Shown here: positions 46,975 through 56,077 of the stretch, piece by piece
How the letters are laid out: the number at the start of each line of letters is the position of its first letter
Position numbering within the stretch: the stretch's first letter is position 1
Assembly (NCBI GenBank): GCA_041821265.1
Contig: JBGUEQ010000010.1
Span: 4,217-68,216 of the forward strand
Direction of reading: 5' to 3'
Length of the DNA stretch: 64,000 bases
Source: Lachnotalea sp.
Lineage (GTDB): Bacteria; Bacillota; Clostridia; Lachnospirales; Lachnospiraceae
Position numbers and translations under genes: made by a program
The notes under the pieces: model-generated
Database searches by the model: none
Told to the model about the DNA's origin: nothing
The model's input: the letters and a program-made list of their open reading frames with translations, nothing else

Positions 46975-49395
46975 TTAAACAGTATAGAATTTTCTGTTCT
47001 TTCCAATAACATATTCGTCGGTTTTAATCCGAAAGCTATCCTGTAACCTGATGTCATTGGAGGAGCTACCAATCATCACATCAAAATCACCAGCTTCGAT
47101 TTTCCATCTCATATCTTGATCAAGAAACGCCATCTGGCTTGGTGATAACTGGAAGTTAACTGTTTGTTTTTCTCCTGGCTGCAAATCAACACGTTTGAAA
47201 CCTGCAAGTTCCATAACCGGTCTCGTCATACTGGCATAACGATCCTTTACATAAAGCTGTACAACCTCTGTACCTTGCATTTCCCCAGTATTTTCAATAT
47301 CTACGCTAATTGTTATCATATCATTTGGTTCAACCTGAGTACCACTTAGTCTCAGATTGGTATACCCAAAACTTGTATAGGAAAGCCCATGACCAAAGTA
47401 ATACCTTGGTGAATGTGACATATCTACATAGTTGGAAAAACCAATGCTTTCTGCCTGATGATAACTGGATCCGTTTGGATGATTATAATAAATTGGAATC
47501 TGCCCAGAACAACGGGCTACCGTCAATGGTAGCTTGCCACTCGGATTACAATTACCAAGAAGTATATCTGTAATGGCTTCTGCTCCTTTTTCAGCTGGAT
47601 TCCATGCTTCCAGAATGGAATTCACATTTTTATCTGCTGCATCGCTGGAAATGGGGCGCCCATTAAAATGTACCGCCACTATAGGCTTCTGTAATCCTGA
47701 TAATTTTTCCAGAAAGCTTTCCTGACAGATTGGCAAATTAATATCCGTTCCATCAATTCCTTCTCCCATAGAAGCAATTGAACTGGTACCATGCTTACCA
47801 CCTAATGTCATTATTACCAGATCAGCCTCTCTTGCAGCGTCCAATGCTTCCATGTGGCCGGACACATCATCACCTGCAATTGGATAACCATAAGAATAAG
47901 TAATCTCCGTCTCCGGTAGACTAATTTTTAACTGCTCTAGTAAACTATTAATTCCAGGCTTTTGTTTTTGTAACAATTTATCAAAAGAAGGATCGTCATC
48001 GACTTGTATTGGTGTACCTGGGATTGTCTTCATAATACTTATATTTTCATCTTTCTTCGTTTCCAAACCTGCCATAGTTGAAATACTAGCTAATAATCCT
48101 TCTGCCATACTGAAATGTGTATAACCTCCAAAGAAAATCCTCGTATTATCAGCATGACATCCAATTACAGCAATCTTTTTGACATTCTTCTTAACCGGTA
48201 AAACTCCATCATTTTTCAAAAGTACTATGGATTCCTTCGCAGAACGAAGAGTAATCTCTTCATCCTTTTCTTTGTAAAATACTTCTTCAAGTTCATTACC
48301 GCAAAGTGCAAATGGATGTTCAAACAATCCCATTCTGAACTTCGCAGTCAGTATTCTTTTCACCGCTTGATCGAGAATTGCAACGTCTGCTTTCCCTGAC
48401 TTAAACCATTCTGCCAGTTCATCATTAAAGCATCTTTTGAAGTGAAGTTCCATATCCATACCGGCCATTAAAGCAAGTAAACCTGCTTCTGTTTCACTTT
48501 CACATACTTTTTGAACATTATGGATATTCATGATGGCACAATAATCAGATACAACAAGGCCATCAAAGCCCATCTCATCTCGTAATAATCCGGTTAGAAT
48601 TTCCTTTGACGCAGATACAGGCTTTCCATCAATAGAAGCATAACATGGCATGATACCCTTTAATCCAGCTTCTGTTACAGCAGCTTGAAAAGGTTTTCCA
48701 TACACTTCTTGCAAAAGTCTGGCTGGGATATCACAATGCGCTCCATGAATACCACTTTCGGCATCATGAAAACCTAAAAAGTGCTTCGCTACACATTCTG
48801 ACTGAAGAGTTCCTGTATTTTCTTCTTGAACTCCTTTTGTAAAGGCAACGCCCATAGCAGAAGCTAAGGAAGGGTCTTCCCCATAAGTCTCTCCCTGTCT
48901 ACCAAAGCGTGAATCTCTGGAAATATCAAGTACCGGTGCAAAGACTTGGGAGACACCAACCGCACGCTCCTGCCTTCCAACAATCTTACCAATCTCCTTC
49001 TCCAACTGTGGATCCCAACTAGATCCACGTCCAATACCAGAGGGAAAACTTGTAGCTCCTTGCACATATGCCCCACAAAGACCTTCCATATGACAAATAG
49101 TAGGAATATGATGCTCACTTAACGCCATAGCCTTTTCTTGTATCTCACGTTGGAACTTTGAAGCCTCTTCCAGAGTATCCAGTGCTCTCATTTCTAGACA
49201 GCTGACCTGTCCAACACCATGTGGATAATTATTATCTAACTCCTCATGTTCCGATAACTTTCTAGGAAAGTAACAGACAAGCTGCCCCATTTTCTCTTCT
49301 ATGCACATCACTTGTAACAAAGCTTTCGCCCTAGTTTCTGGAGATAATGATGTATCTAAATAATTATGTTTTTTATTCATTTTATTTTTCCTCAT
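46975..49395 (-). CDS. GH3 beta-glucosidase-type glycoside hydrolase
   Basis: 806 aa. N-domain with KHF and GFDGLVVSDY (nucleophile Asp context), a C-terminal alpha/beta domain, and an FnIII-like domain ([10 protein letters not shown]). A start at the second ATG (49380) is also possible. Confidence 0.9.
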   Translation of the reverse strand: MRKNKMNKKHNYLDTSLSPETRAKALLQVMCIEEKMGQLVCYFPRKLSEHEELDNNYPHGVGQVSCLEMRALDTLEEASKFQREIQEKAMALSEHHIPTICHMEGLCGAYVQGATSFPSGIGRGSSWDPQLEKEIGKIVGRQERAVGVSQVFAPVLDISRDSRFGRQGETYGEDPSLASAMGVAFTKGVQEENTGTLQSECVAKHFLGFHDAESGIHGAHCDIPARLLQEVYGKPFQAAVTEAGLKGIMPCYASIDGKPVSASKEILTGLLRDEMGFDGLVVSDYCAIMNIHNVQKVCESETEAGLLALMAGMDMELHFKRCFNDELAEWFKSGKADVAILDQAVKRILTAKFRMGLFEHPFALCGNELEEVFYKEKDEEITLRSAKESIVLLKNDGVLPVKKNVKKIAVIGCHADNTRIFFGGYTHFSMAEGLLASISTMAGLETKKDENISIMKTIPGTPIQVDDDPSFDKLLQKQKPGINSLLEQLKISLPETEITYSYGYPIAGDDVSGHMEALDAAREADLVIMTLGGKHGTSSIASMGEGIDGTDINLPICQESFLEKLSGLQKPIVAVHFNGRPISSDAADKNVNSILEAWNPAEKGAEAITDILLGNCNPSGKLPLTVARCSGQIPIYYNHPNGSSYHQAESIGFSNYVDMSHSPRYYFGHGLSYTSFGYTNLRLSGTQVEPNDMITISVDIENTGEMQGTEVVQLYVKDRYASMTRPVMELAGFKRVDLQPGEKQTVNFQLSPSQMAFLDQDMRWKIEAGDFDVMIGSSSNDIRLQDSFRIKTDEYVIGKNRKFYTV

Positions 49396-49525
49396 TTCTA
49401 TATTACGTTTTCCACTATCTGAAGATCTGCTAGCTTTTCATACATCCATTCACCGATCGAGCCATAGGCATAAATGATTAAAGGATTCTCATTTAACCAG
49501 GAGGACTGGAATGTATGGGCTGTGG

Positions 49526-50569
49526 CTATTCATAATCTTCTACTCTCCATTCATCCTTCCAATCAAGGTAAGTCATCACACCATCAAAACGAAATGGCAG
49601 CCATACATAGTCGGCGATCGAGGTATTGCGTGTGGCATCATGTCCAAACTTATCATCCCATTCCACCTTTTTCTCAGGATTGAACATTCGTTCAAACAAT
49701 TTCTTATATTCCTTATAATTATAATCCATGTGATCTGGTACCCAACGATCAGCGCAGGCGATATAGAGATCCTTCTTACCCTCCACCTTGAATACGGAAG
49801 CAATCTGAGAATGATATGAGGTATTACTCACATCCTCGGGATGAGGATTGCCAAGCACCTGGAACGGTCCATGCCACGTATCAGCAATTGCCACCTCAGA
49901 TGGATTAGGTAGATATCCCGTAGTTCCGGAGGTAACAAGATAATGCTTCCCTTTTCGATATAAATGAGCGGTTGCTTCTCTAACATAAGGGGGTGAAATA
50001 TGCGGAAAATGTGTGCTGTAGTAACCTATAACATCGGTATAATCAGCAGTCAAGTCCGCACAGATTGTCTCACTGTGCACTCGCTCGAAGTAATAATATG
50101 CCTTACCATCCGGCGCCACCACAAGATCAAAATCTCCAGCACTCATATTTAATGGCTTCAACCCTTCCCTAACCTTAGTATAAGGTCCTAAGATATGGTC
50201 AGCGGTCATCACCGTCTCTGTCTGGCTGCCATCCTTATTCATAATCTTTAACCAGCAGACATACTTCTTCGTATCTTTATTATATATGATATGGGGTCGA
50301 TCCATATAGGAAGTCGGATGTAGTGAAGAATCTGGATTATCCGTATCTGGTGGTATAATCAGTCCGCAATCCTCCCAATTATATAGATCAGTGGATGAGT
50401 AGCTTCTCACACCCCAGTGCCAGATCCCATTATCCCCTGTTGTCTTTTCCTTATTCTCACCATACCAATAATACACTCCATCAATATACATAACGGAACC
50501 ACCGTGAGCTTGTATACGCTCACCCTTTGTGTCAAGCCAGACTTGACCAGGTCTTATTGCATTGTACAA
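49526..50569 (-). CDS. GH43-family glycoside hydrolase (single-domain, 347 aa)
   Basis: ..ERIQAHGGSVMYIDGVYYWYGENK..WGVRSYSSTDLYNWEDCG.., a typical GH43 beta-propeller N-terminus. No signal peptide. Confidence 0.8.
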   Translation of the reverse strand: MYNAIRPGQVWLDTKGERIQAHGGSVMYIDGVYYWYGENKEKTTGDNGIWHWGVRSYSSTDLYNWEDCGLIIPPDTDNPDSSLHPTSYMDRPHIIYNKDTKKYVCWLKIMNKDGSQTETVMTADHILGPYTKVREGLKPLNMSAGDFDLVVAPDGKAYYYFERVHSETICADLTADYTDVIGYYSTHFPHISPPYVREATAHLYRKGKHYLVTSGTTGYLPNPSEVAIADTWHGPFQVLGNPHPEDVSNTSYHSQIASVFKVEGKKDLYIACADRWVPDHMDYNYKEYKKLFERMFNPEKKVEWDDKFGHDATRNTSIADYVWLPFRFDGVMTYLDWKDEWRVEDYE

Positions 50570-50734
50570 TGTTGTACCTCCTTTATGGGTTGTTTAAAAC
50601 TCCATAATAACATCTATATACTACTTATTTCATGACTAAAGCTATCCCCGTAAAGAAACGCACCAACCGCCTCATTCTTAGCATCCGTATCGATGATTAC
50701 TCTTACTTGTTTCTCTTGTGGTATCGTTATGCCA

Positions 50735-51418
50735 TTATTTGCAAAAAGACACGATGTACTGAACATAATCGTTCGATTTTTCCGATACACACATAGGGGT
50801 ACAATCTTTCATTGGTAACATGACTGCATTTGGTATTTGTTCCGCCATATACTCTGCCGTTGCCGGATAATAGATAACCCCCGGGTCAGCATATACAATT
50901 CCGGCAGGTACATCTATCTTCGTTAAATCAATTCTAAAATCAGCCTCAGACATTGTTTTCCAGTAATCATATCTTATCTTCTTCTGTTCTTCTGTTATAG
51001 CGTTTAAAGCATGTAAATTTTCTGAGACATTCATTTGCCCACCTAACCTATCTTGAATTATCTCTAGAAGGTCTGTCATATCCATTTTAAAATCCCTAAA
51101 ATCTTCTGTTCTATTCTTAGTTATTAGCTGACAACTAAAGAATATGTTGAATTTTTCATAATCCTTCACAATGTTAAAAAGATCTTCCTCTAAATTATTC
51201 TGTTTATACCAGCCTTGATAAAGACCTAATTTCCACTCATCGTCGTTAACAATTTTAGGAGTCATATCTCCAATAATAACTTTTTCCACTCTTGCAGTTT
51301 CGAATTGCCTTAAATAAGAGAACAAAACCATACTCCCCATTGAGAATCCATTTATTATAGCCTTGTCAATATTCAGATAACTTAATAATTCCTCTGCATC
51401 TCTAGACTTTTTTGTTAA
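50735..51418 (-). pseudogene. 5'-truncated alpha/beta hydrolase
   Basis: The open frame begins LTKKSRDAEELLSYLNIDKAIINGFSMGSMV.. The first ~60-70 residues (oxyanion HG region) are absent. The only in-frame Met is the one after the GFS nucleophile Ser. The frame opening overlaps the upstream esterase's 3' end. Confidence 0.7.
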
Positions 51419-52259
51419 CTACTTTTTTTATAAACTGGTTAATAAGATTTTTTACTTCCGGTTGGTAAAATTGATCTTCTCCATGCCCAGCACCTTTTAC
51501 TATATAAAATGAAGCATCAACATTATTTTTCTGCAATTCTTCATAGAGTATTTCACTCTGCTGTAATGGAACGACCGGATCTTCATCTCCGTGAAGGATA
51601 AGAAATGGTGGAACGTCGTGGTTAATATAATTAACAGCACTCGCTTTCTTTGCTATGTCTTGACTATAATTTACTCCTAGGAAAGCTTCCAAGATCCAGT
51701 AAGGTAAAGCCCCATACCGATCAAGACTTATTATCGATAAATCAGTCAATCCATAAAAGTCTATTACTCCGGCCACAGAACTACTTATGGATAAATTATC
51801 TCCCTGTTCAAATTCTTCCACATTCTCTGTCACACCAACTAGGCTTGCCAACGTTCCACCGGCCGATTCTCCCATGACAAAAATATGATCTGGGTCAATG
51901 CAAAACTGCTCTGCATGAGCCTTCAGAAATCTTACTGCAGACTTTGCATCTACCAGCGCTGCCGGAAAATTTGCCTTGTTCGATGTTCTATATTCAATAC
52001 TTGCTATAGTATAACCCTCCCTCGCAAAATCCATCATTTCCGGTAGCCATACATCTTCGTTTACTACGCAAAATGAACCCCCGCAAAGCCAAAGGATTGC
52101 CGGTTGCTTAGCATGGCCTTCACGATGTTTTGGAAAGATCAGGTTCATCTTAAGATTACGAAAAGTGCTTTCATACCAATCCGAAACACAGCTGTAGGAT
52201 ATTCCACTTGCCATAGAAAGTACTTCCTGGACAGGTTTTATAGTTAATTCTTTTTTCAT
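51402..52259 (-). CDS. Alpha/beta-hydrolase esterase (carboxylesterase/lipase-like)
   Basis: LWLCGGSF oxyanion region, GESAGG nucleophile elbow, HGDEDPVVP. Start set at ATG 52259 (MKKELTI..) after AAGGAGG. The track GTG is at 52313. Confidence 0.85.
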   Translation of the reverse strand: MKKELTIKPVQEVLSMASGISYSCVSDWYESTFRNLKMNLIFPKHREGHAKQPAILWLCGGSFCVVNEDVWLPEMMDFAREGYTIASIEYRTSNKANFPAALVDAKSAVRFLKAHAEQFCIDPDHIFVMGESAGGTLASLVGVTENVEEFEQGDNLSISSSVAGVIDFYGLTDLSIISLDRYGALPYWILEAFLGVNYSQDIAKKASAVNYINHDVPPFLILHGDEDPVVPLQQSEILYEELQKNNVDASFYIVKGAGHGEDQFYQPEVKNLINQFIKKVVNKKV

Positions 52260-52502
52260 TGATAATTCCTCCTTAGATACATCTAAATTAAATCTATTAC
52301 GTATTAAATCCACATTAAAAATAAACCAGTGACCATCTAAAACAAACTTACCATTAGGCCAATTTCTTCATCCTATAAAACTTTCATCATTCCTACCCTA
52401 TCAATACAATTTTAATACATATTATAATTGATAAATAGAAGTTTAGCGATCTCTTTTTCAAACAATTTTCTATTGATTACAAATCATTTTCATTAGAGTA
52501 TT

Positions 52503-53930
52503 TTAGGAATTCAACTCTTCTAACATCTGATCTAATTGATCATGGGAGATACGTCCGAAGGTAACTAATCCACATAATGGCATTTCCAACATCTATGAAA
52601 ACCATAGAGATTTCCGATGTACCTTCCACTACCAGCTCCGCGGCTAAGCGAATATCACGGCTGGAAGCCCCAATTTCTACCACATAACTTCCACTTTCCA
52701 CAAACCAATCATAAAGTTTTGGCTCATAATATGCAAAAGATCGTTTATTTAATACGAAGGTTACCGTTTTTTCTTCACCTGGTGCAAGTGCTAATTTTAC
52801 AAAGTCTTTTAATTCACGTATTGGTCGACCAACTGTGCTTTTAATATCTCTGACATAGAGCTGAATAATTTCCTTACCCGCTATATCTCCCTTATTTTTC
52901 ACATCACAGCTTACCAAACGTGTATCTATGTCGAGCATCTTTGTTTTATCCAATTTTATATTACTATATTCAAAGCTTGTATAAGAAAGCCCATGGCCAA
53001 ATGGGAAGAGAACCTCCATCTCTTTTTATCATAATAACGATAACCAACGTAAATTCCTTCCCTGTATTCCACTACACCATTTTCATCTGGGAAGTTCAGA
53101 TAGGATGGATTATCTGAAAGTTTAATTGGAAATGACTCTGCCAGTTTACCGCATGGATTCGCATCGCCATACAAGAGTGCTACAGCAACTGCACCAACTC
53201 CATCACCACCCAGATACATATTCAAAATCGCTGATACCTAGGTGTTTCGGCAAACTTTCCGACAAATGCAACCTTTGCTTTCTTTGCAATCAGTAGTAGT
53301 TTATGCTCATTTTTTAACAATACTTCACATTCTTTTGCAAAATTAGGTGTTCGCATGTGATCCTTTAGGATATCATAATGAAAATCTTGCTTATGATTAT
53401 TTTGATAATTACTGATAAAAGTTAGTATATTTCAAACCGCATTATTTAAGATAGCTTCATCCAAAGTTCCATTCTTAACCGCTTCAACTATTTTGTGATC
53501 CCGTACTCCGGCTCCACCTGGCATTTCCAGATCCAGACCTACTAGCAAGCTCTTTACACGATCCTTTACCGCACCCCAATCTGTTACAACAAACCCTTCG
53601 TATCCCCATTTATCTCTTAGAATATCCGTCAAAAATAATTTATTTTCCGATAAAAATGTACCATTGATTTGATTATAGGAACACATGATACCCTGTGTTT
53701 TTCCTTCTTCCACCACTGCTTCAAATGCTGGTAGATAAATTTCATGTAGATTTCTTTCATCCAACTGAGAAGAACCACTCATACGACGGGTTTCCTGATT
53801 ATTTGCCGTAAAATGTTTCACACATGCTACGATGCCTTTTCCTTGCAAGCCCTTAACATATGCTGTAGTTGCTTACATATTCTACTTCAAGGAAGGGGTA
53901 GTCAAAATAACACGCCCTTCCGCCTAACGT
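52503..53930 (-). pseudogene. Dead GH3 beta-glucosidase: 5'-truncated, with internal deletions and frameshifts
   Basis: Track fragments 53432-53848 (..KHFTANNQE..VVTDWGA..), 52956-53225 (..[11 protein letters not shown]..) and 52540-53019 ([12 protein letters not shown]..) fall in three frames. There is an in-frame TGA at the end of the first fragment. The middle domain is missing between [10 protein letters not shown] and NMYLGGDG. The true C-terminus (MPLCGLVTFGRISHDQLDQMLEELNS*) is in yet another frame and ends at 52503. Confidence 0.85.
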
Positions 53931-53943
53931 ATCCTATGTATTT

Positions 53944-56010
53944 TTATTCGACAATCACTCTTACTCTCGCCAGATTTAGCACCTGTGTGGTTGGGTTGTT
54001 TAAACTTCCCTGACGGTTTGACATAACACGAACCGATGTAAAAAAGGTTCCAGGTTGGCTATATGCATACTTGATTTGAGAAGTAGCTCCATAAGCAGCT
54101 CCATTATAGGTTTCTGTAATGCTGCCTGATACCGGAAATGCATTTTCACAAGGAATCTCCGCGTGATCCTCAAAGGAATAATCTACCGCGGTTACCTTAC
54201 CTGCTCCTTCCGGAACTTCTGCATTAACGGTAAAGGTTATCTCTTCTCCTAATTTTACATGGGCACATTCTCTTGCGTTTGCTAATAATGTTACCTTCGG
54301 TTGAATCCCTTTTCTACTAACGATATCTTCTTCAGGGTAAATCTGCCCTTCCTTCAACTCATAAGCCGTAGAATGCAATGGCTGGATTCCACGCTCTACC
54401 CAATCACTCAAATCCAACAGAACCTGATATAATACACCTAGGTAGTTTACAATGTGATTATTCTGTAAAATTGAGATATCACCATGGAGACAATGCTCCA
54501 TATAATAAATACGAAAATCATCCTCATTTCCTTTGGTTTCTATGACTTTCTTACGGTACCAGTCACCGCACCAAGGACAAGTAGATTCATCCATTAAAGA
54601 CTGCGTTAAAATAACCTTGCCCTGAATATTTCCGTCCTGCACCGTTCCGGTTCCTGTAAAACCATAGCCCATTATATTGGCACGTTGTGGTAGTGACGGG
54701 GTTCCATCCGAATTACGGAACTGATCCCAGGCATGGAAGGATAAATCCGACGGTACCTGATGACGATAGTAGGACTGGATGGCAATATAATCGGAATTAT
54801 CTAAATGAATCTTATCGCCTGGCTGTATAGAAGCAATCACACTATTTAAGTCATCCATACCAAAGCACATTCCAATAGTCAACCGGTTTCCTTCGATTTT
54901 ATCTAATAACAGTGTCTTTCCAACTGTCTCACCTGAAGAGAAGGTAATATTTACACCCTTTAAATATAAGTCATCCCCATGTGGTACCTCTTCTAACTCA
55001 ATCCATGCACCGGCACCATCCGCTAATTGCTTCTGCCAAGCATCATCGACACCATTACGCCCATCAATAGCACTTTCTTCCTTCTTCTGTCCTGGTACAT
55101 GAACACTCTTAACTACACCATCAAATTGCAGACGATCGCGACGCGCATTGCTGTTCAGATCTGCACCCATGTAGCCCGGCACTTCCCAGAACTCCGTAAA
55201 ATAGGTAGGATCAGACATTTTAACACCGGGTGTTAAGACCGGAAGAGAACCATCATCTATCTTGCCTGAAGCCTCAATAAACCATGCCTTTGGAGGGAAT
55301 CCCATCTGAGTAATTTCCTTTAACATAACTGCTTCATCATTTGTCAGCCCTTCGTACATATTACCACTTCCACCTGGTTCTAATGCATCTACGATCTTAC
55401 CAAATACATGGCGTAGGCAGCGCTGACCCTGTGCATGTAAGGTGATTGTATTTGGTAAAGATACCGGTGAACCGATTACGAAGGGTGCAGCACCATCCCA
55501 AGCATTGGTATTCTCAATACATGCCAAGGACTTATATCCGCCACCACTTCCGCCATAGACATAACCATATGGACGACCAGCCTGATACATTTCTTCTGCT
55601 ACATCACGAGAAATCTCTGCTGCAGCTGCGCTTGCCTTCCAAACCAGGGTATTATCACTTTTTGGGCCGAACATCGCTGTAGATCCCATGTTACTTTCCA
55701 CATAATAAGCACCATGCATTAATGCAAAACCAATTCTGTCATCCACACCTGTACGCTCTAAGGATGCCACTTCCTCATCCGGTCCCGGGAAAGGTGATAA
55801 ATAATGGAAGAACCGTCCGGTATACTTCTCCTTCTCAGGCATACAGAACACGAATTTCAACCCTTTCTTCTCAACGCCTCCATGGACGTAACGGAATTTC
55901 GCCTTGCTGCCATCTGGAAGCACACGATCCCTCCATTCATCCATATCAATGTAGGAATTCTGAAACTCAGGATCCTTTTTCACCTCATATATTTCTTTTA
56001 CTACTGCCAT
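53944..56010 (-). CDS. Uncharacterised 688-aa protein; possible alpha/beta-hydrolase-fold esterase distantly resembling tannase/feruloyl esterases
   Basis: Candidate nucleophile elbow YGGSGGGYKS. A late YMEHCLHGD segment recalls the His-Cys motif of tannase-family enzymes. Beta-rich C-terminal ~100 aa. No signal peptide. Assignment is inferential. Confidence 0.4.
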   Translation of the reverse strand: MAVVKEIYEVKKDPEFQNSYIDMDEWRDRVLPDGSKAKFRYVHGGVEKKGLKFVFCMPEKEKYTGRFFHYLSPFPGPDEEVASLERTGVDDRIGFALMHGAYYVESNMGSTAMFGPKSDNTLVWKASAAAAEISRDVAEEMYQAGRPYGYVYGGSGGGYKSLACIENTNAWDGAAPFVIGSPVSLPNTITLHAQGQRCLRHVFGKIVDALEPGGSGNMYEGLTNDEAVMLKEITQMGFPPKAWFIEASGKIDDGSLPVLTPGVKMSDPTYFTEFWEVPGYMGADLNSNARRDRLQFDGVVKSVHVPGQKKEESAIDGRNGVDDAWQKQLADGAGAWIELEEVPHGDDLYLKGVNITFSSGETVGKTLLLDKIEGNRLTIGMCFGMDDLNSVIASIQPGDKIHLDNSDYIAIQSYYRHQVPSDLSFHAWDQFRNSDGTPSLPQRANIMGYGFTGTGTVQDGNIQGKVILTQSLMDESTCPWCGDWYRKKVIETKGNEDDFRIYYMEHCLHGDISILQNNHIVNYLGVLYQVLLDLSDWVERGIQPLHSTAYELKEGQIYPEEDIVSRKGIQPKVTLLANARECAHVKLGEEITFTVNAEVPEGAGKVTAVDYSFEDHAEIPCENAFPVSGSITETYNGAAYGATSQIKYAYSQPGTFFTSVRVMSNRQGSLNNPTTQVLNLARVRVIVE

Positions 56011-56077
56011 TTTGTAGCCTCCTTTTTATCATTATCAAATATCAGTATTTATCTTTATAAATATGATTTCACATTAC

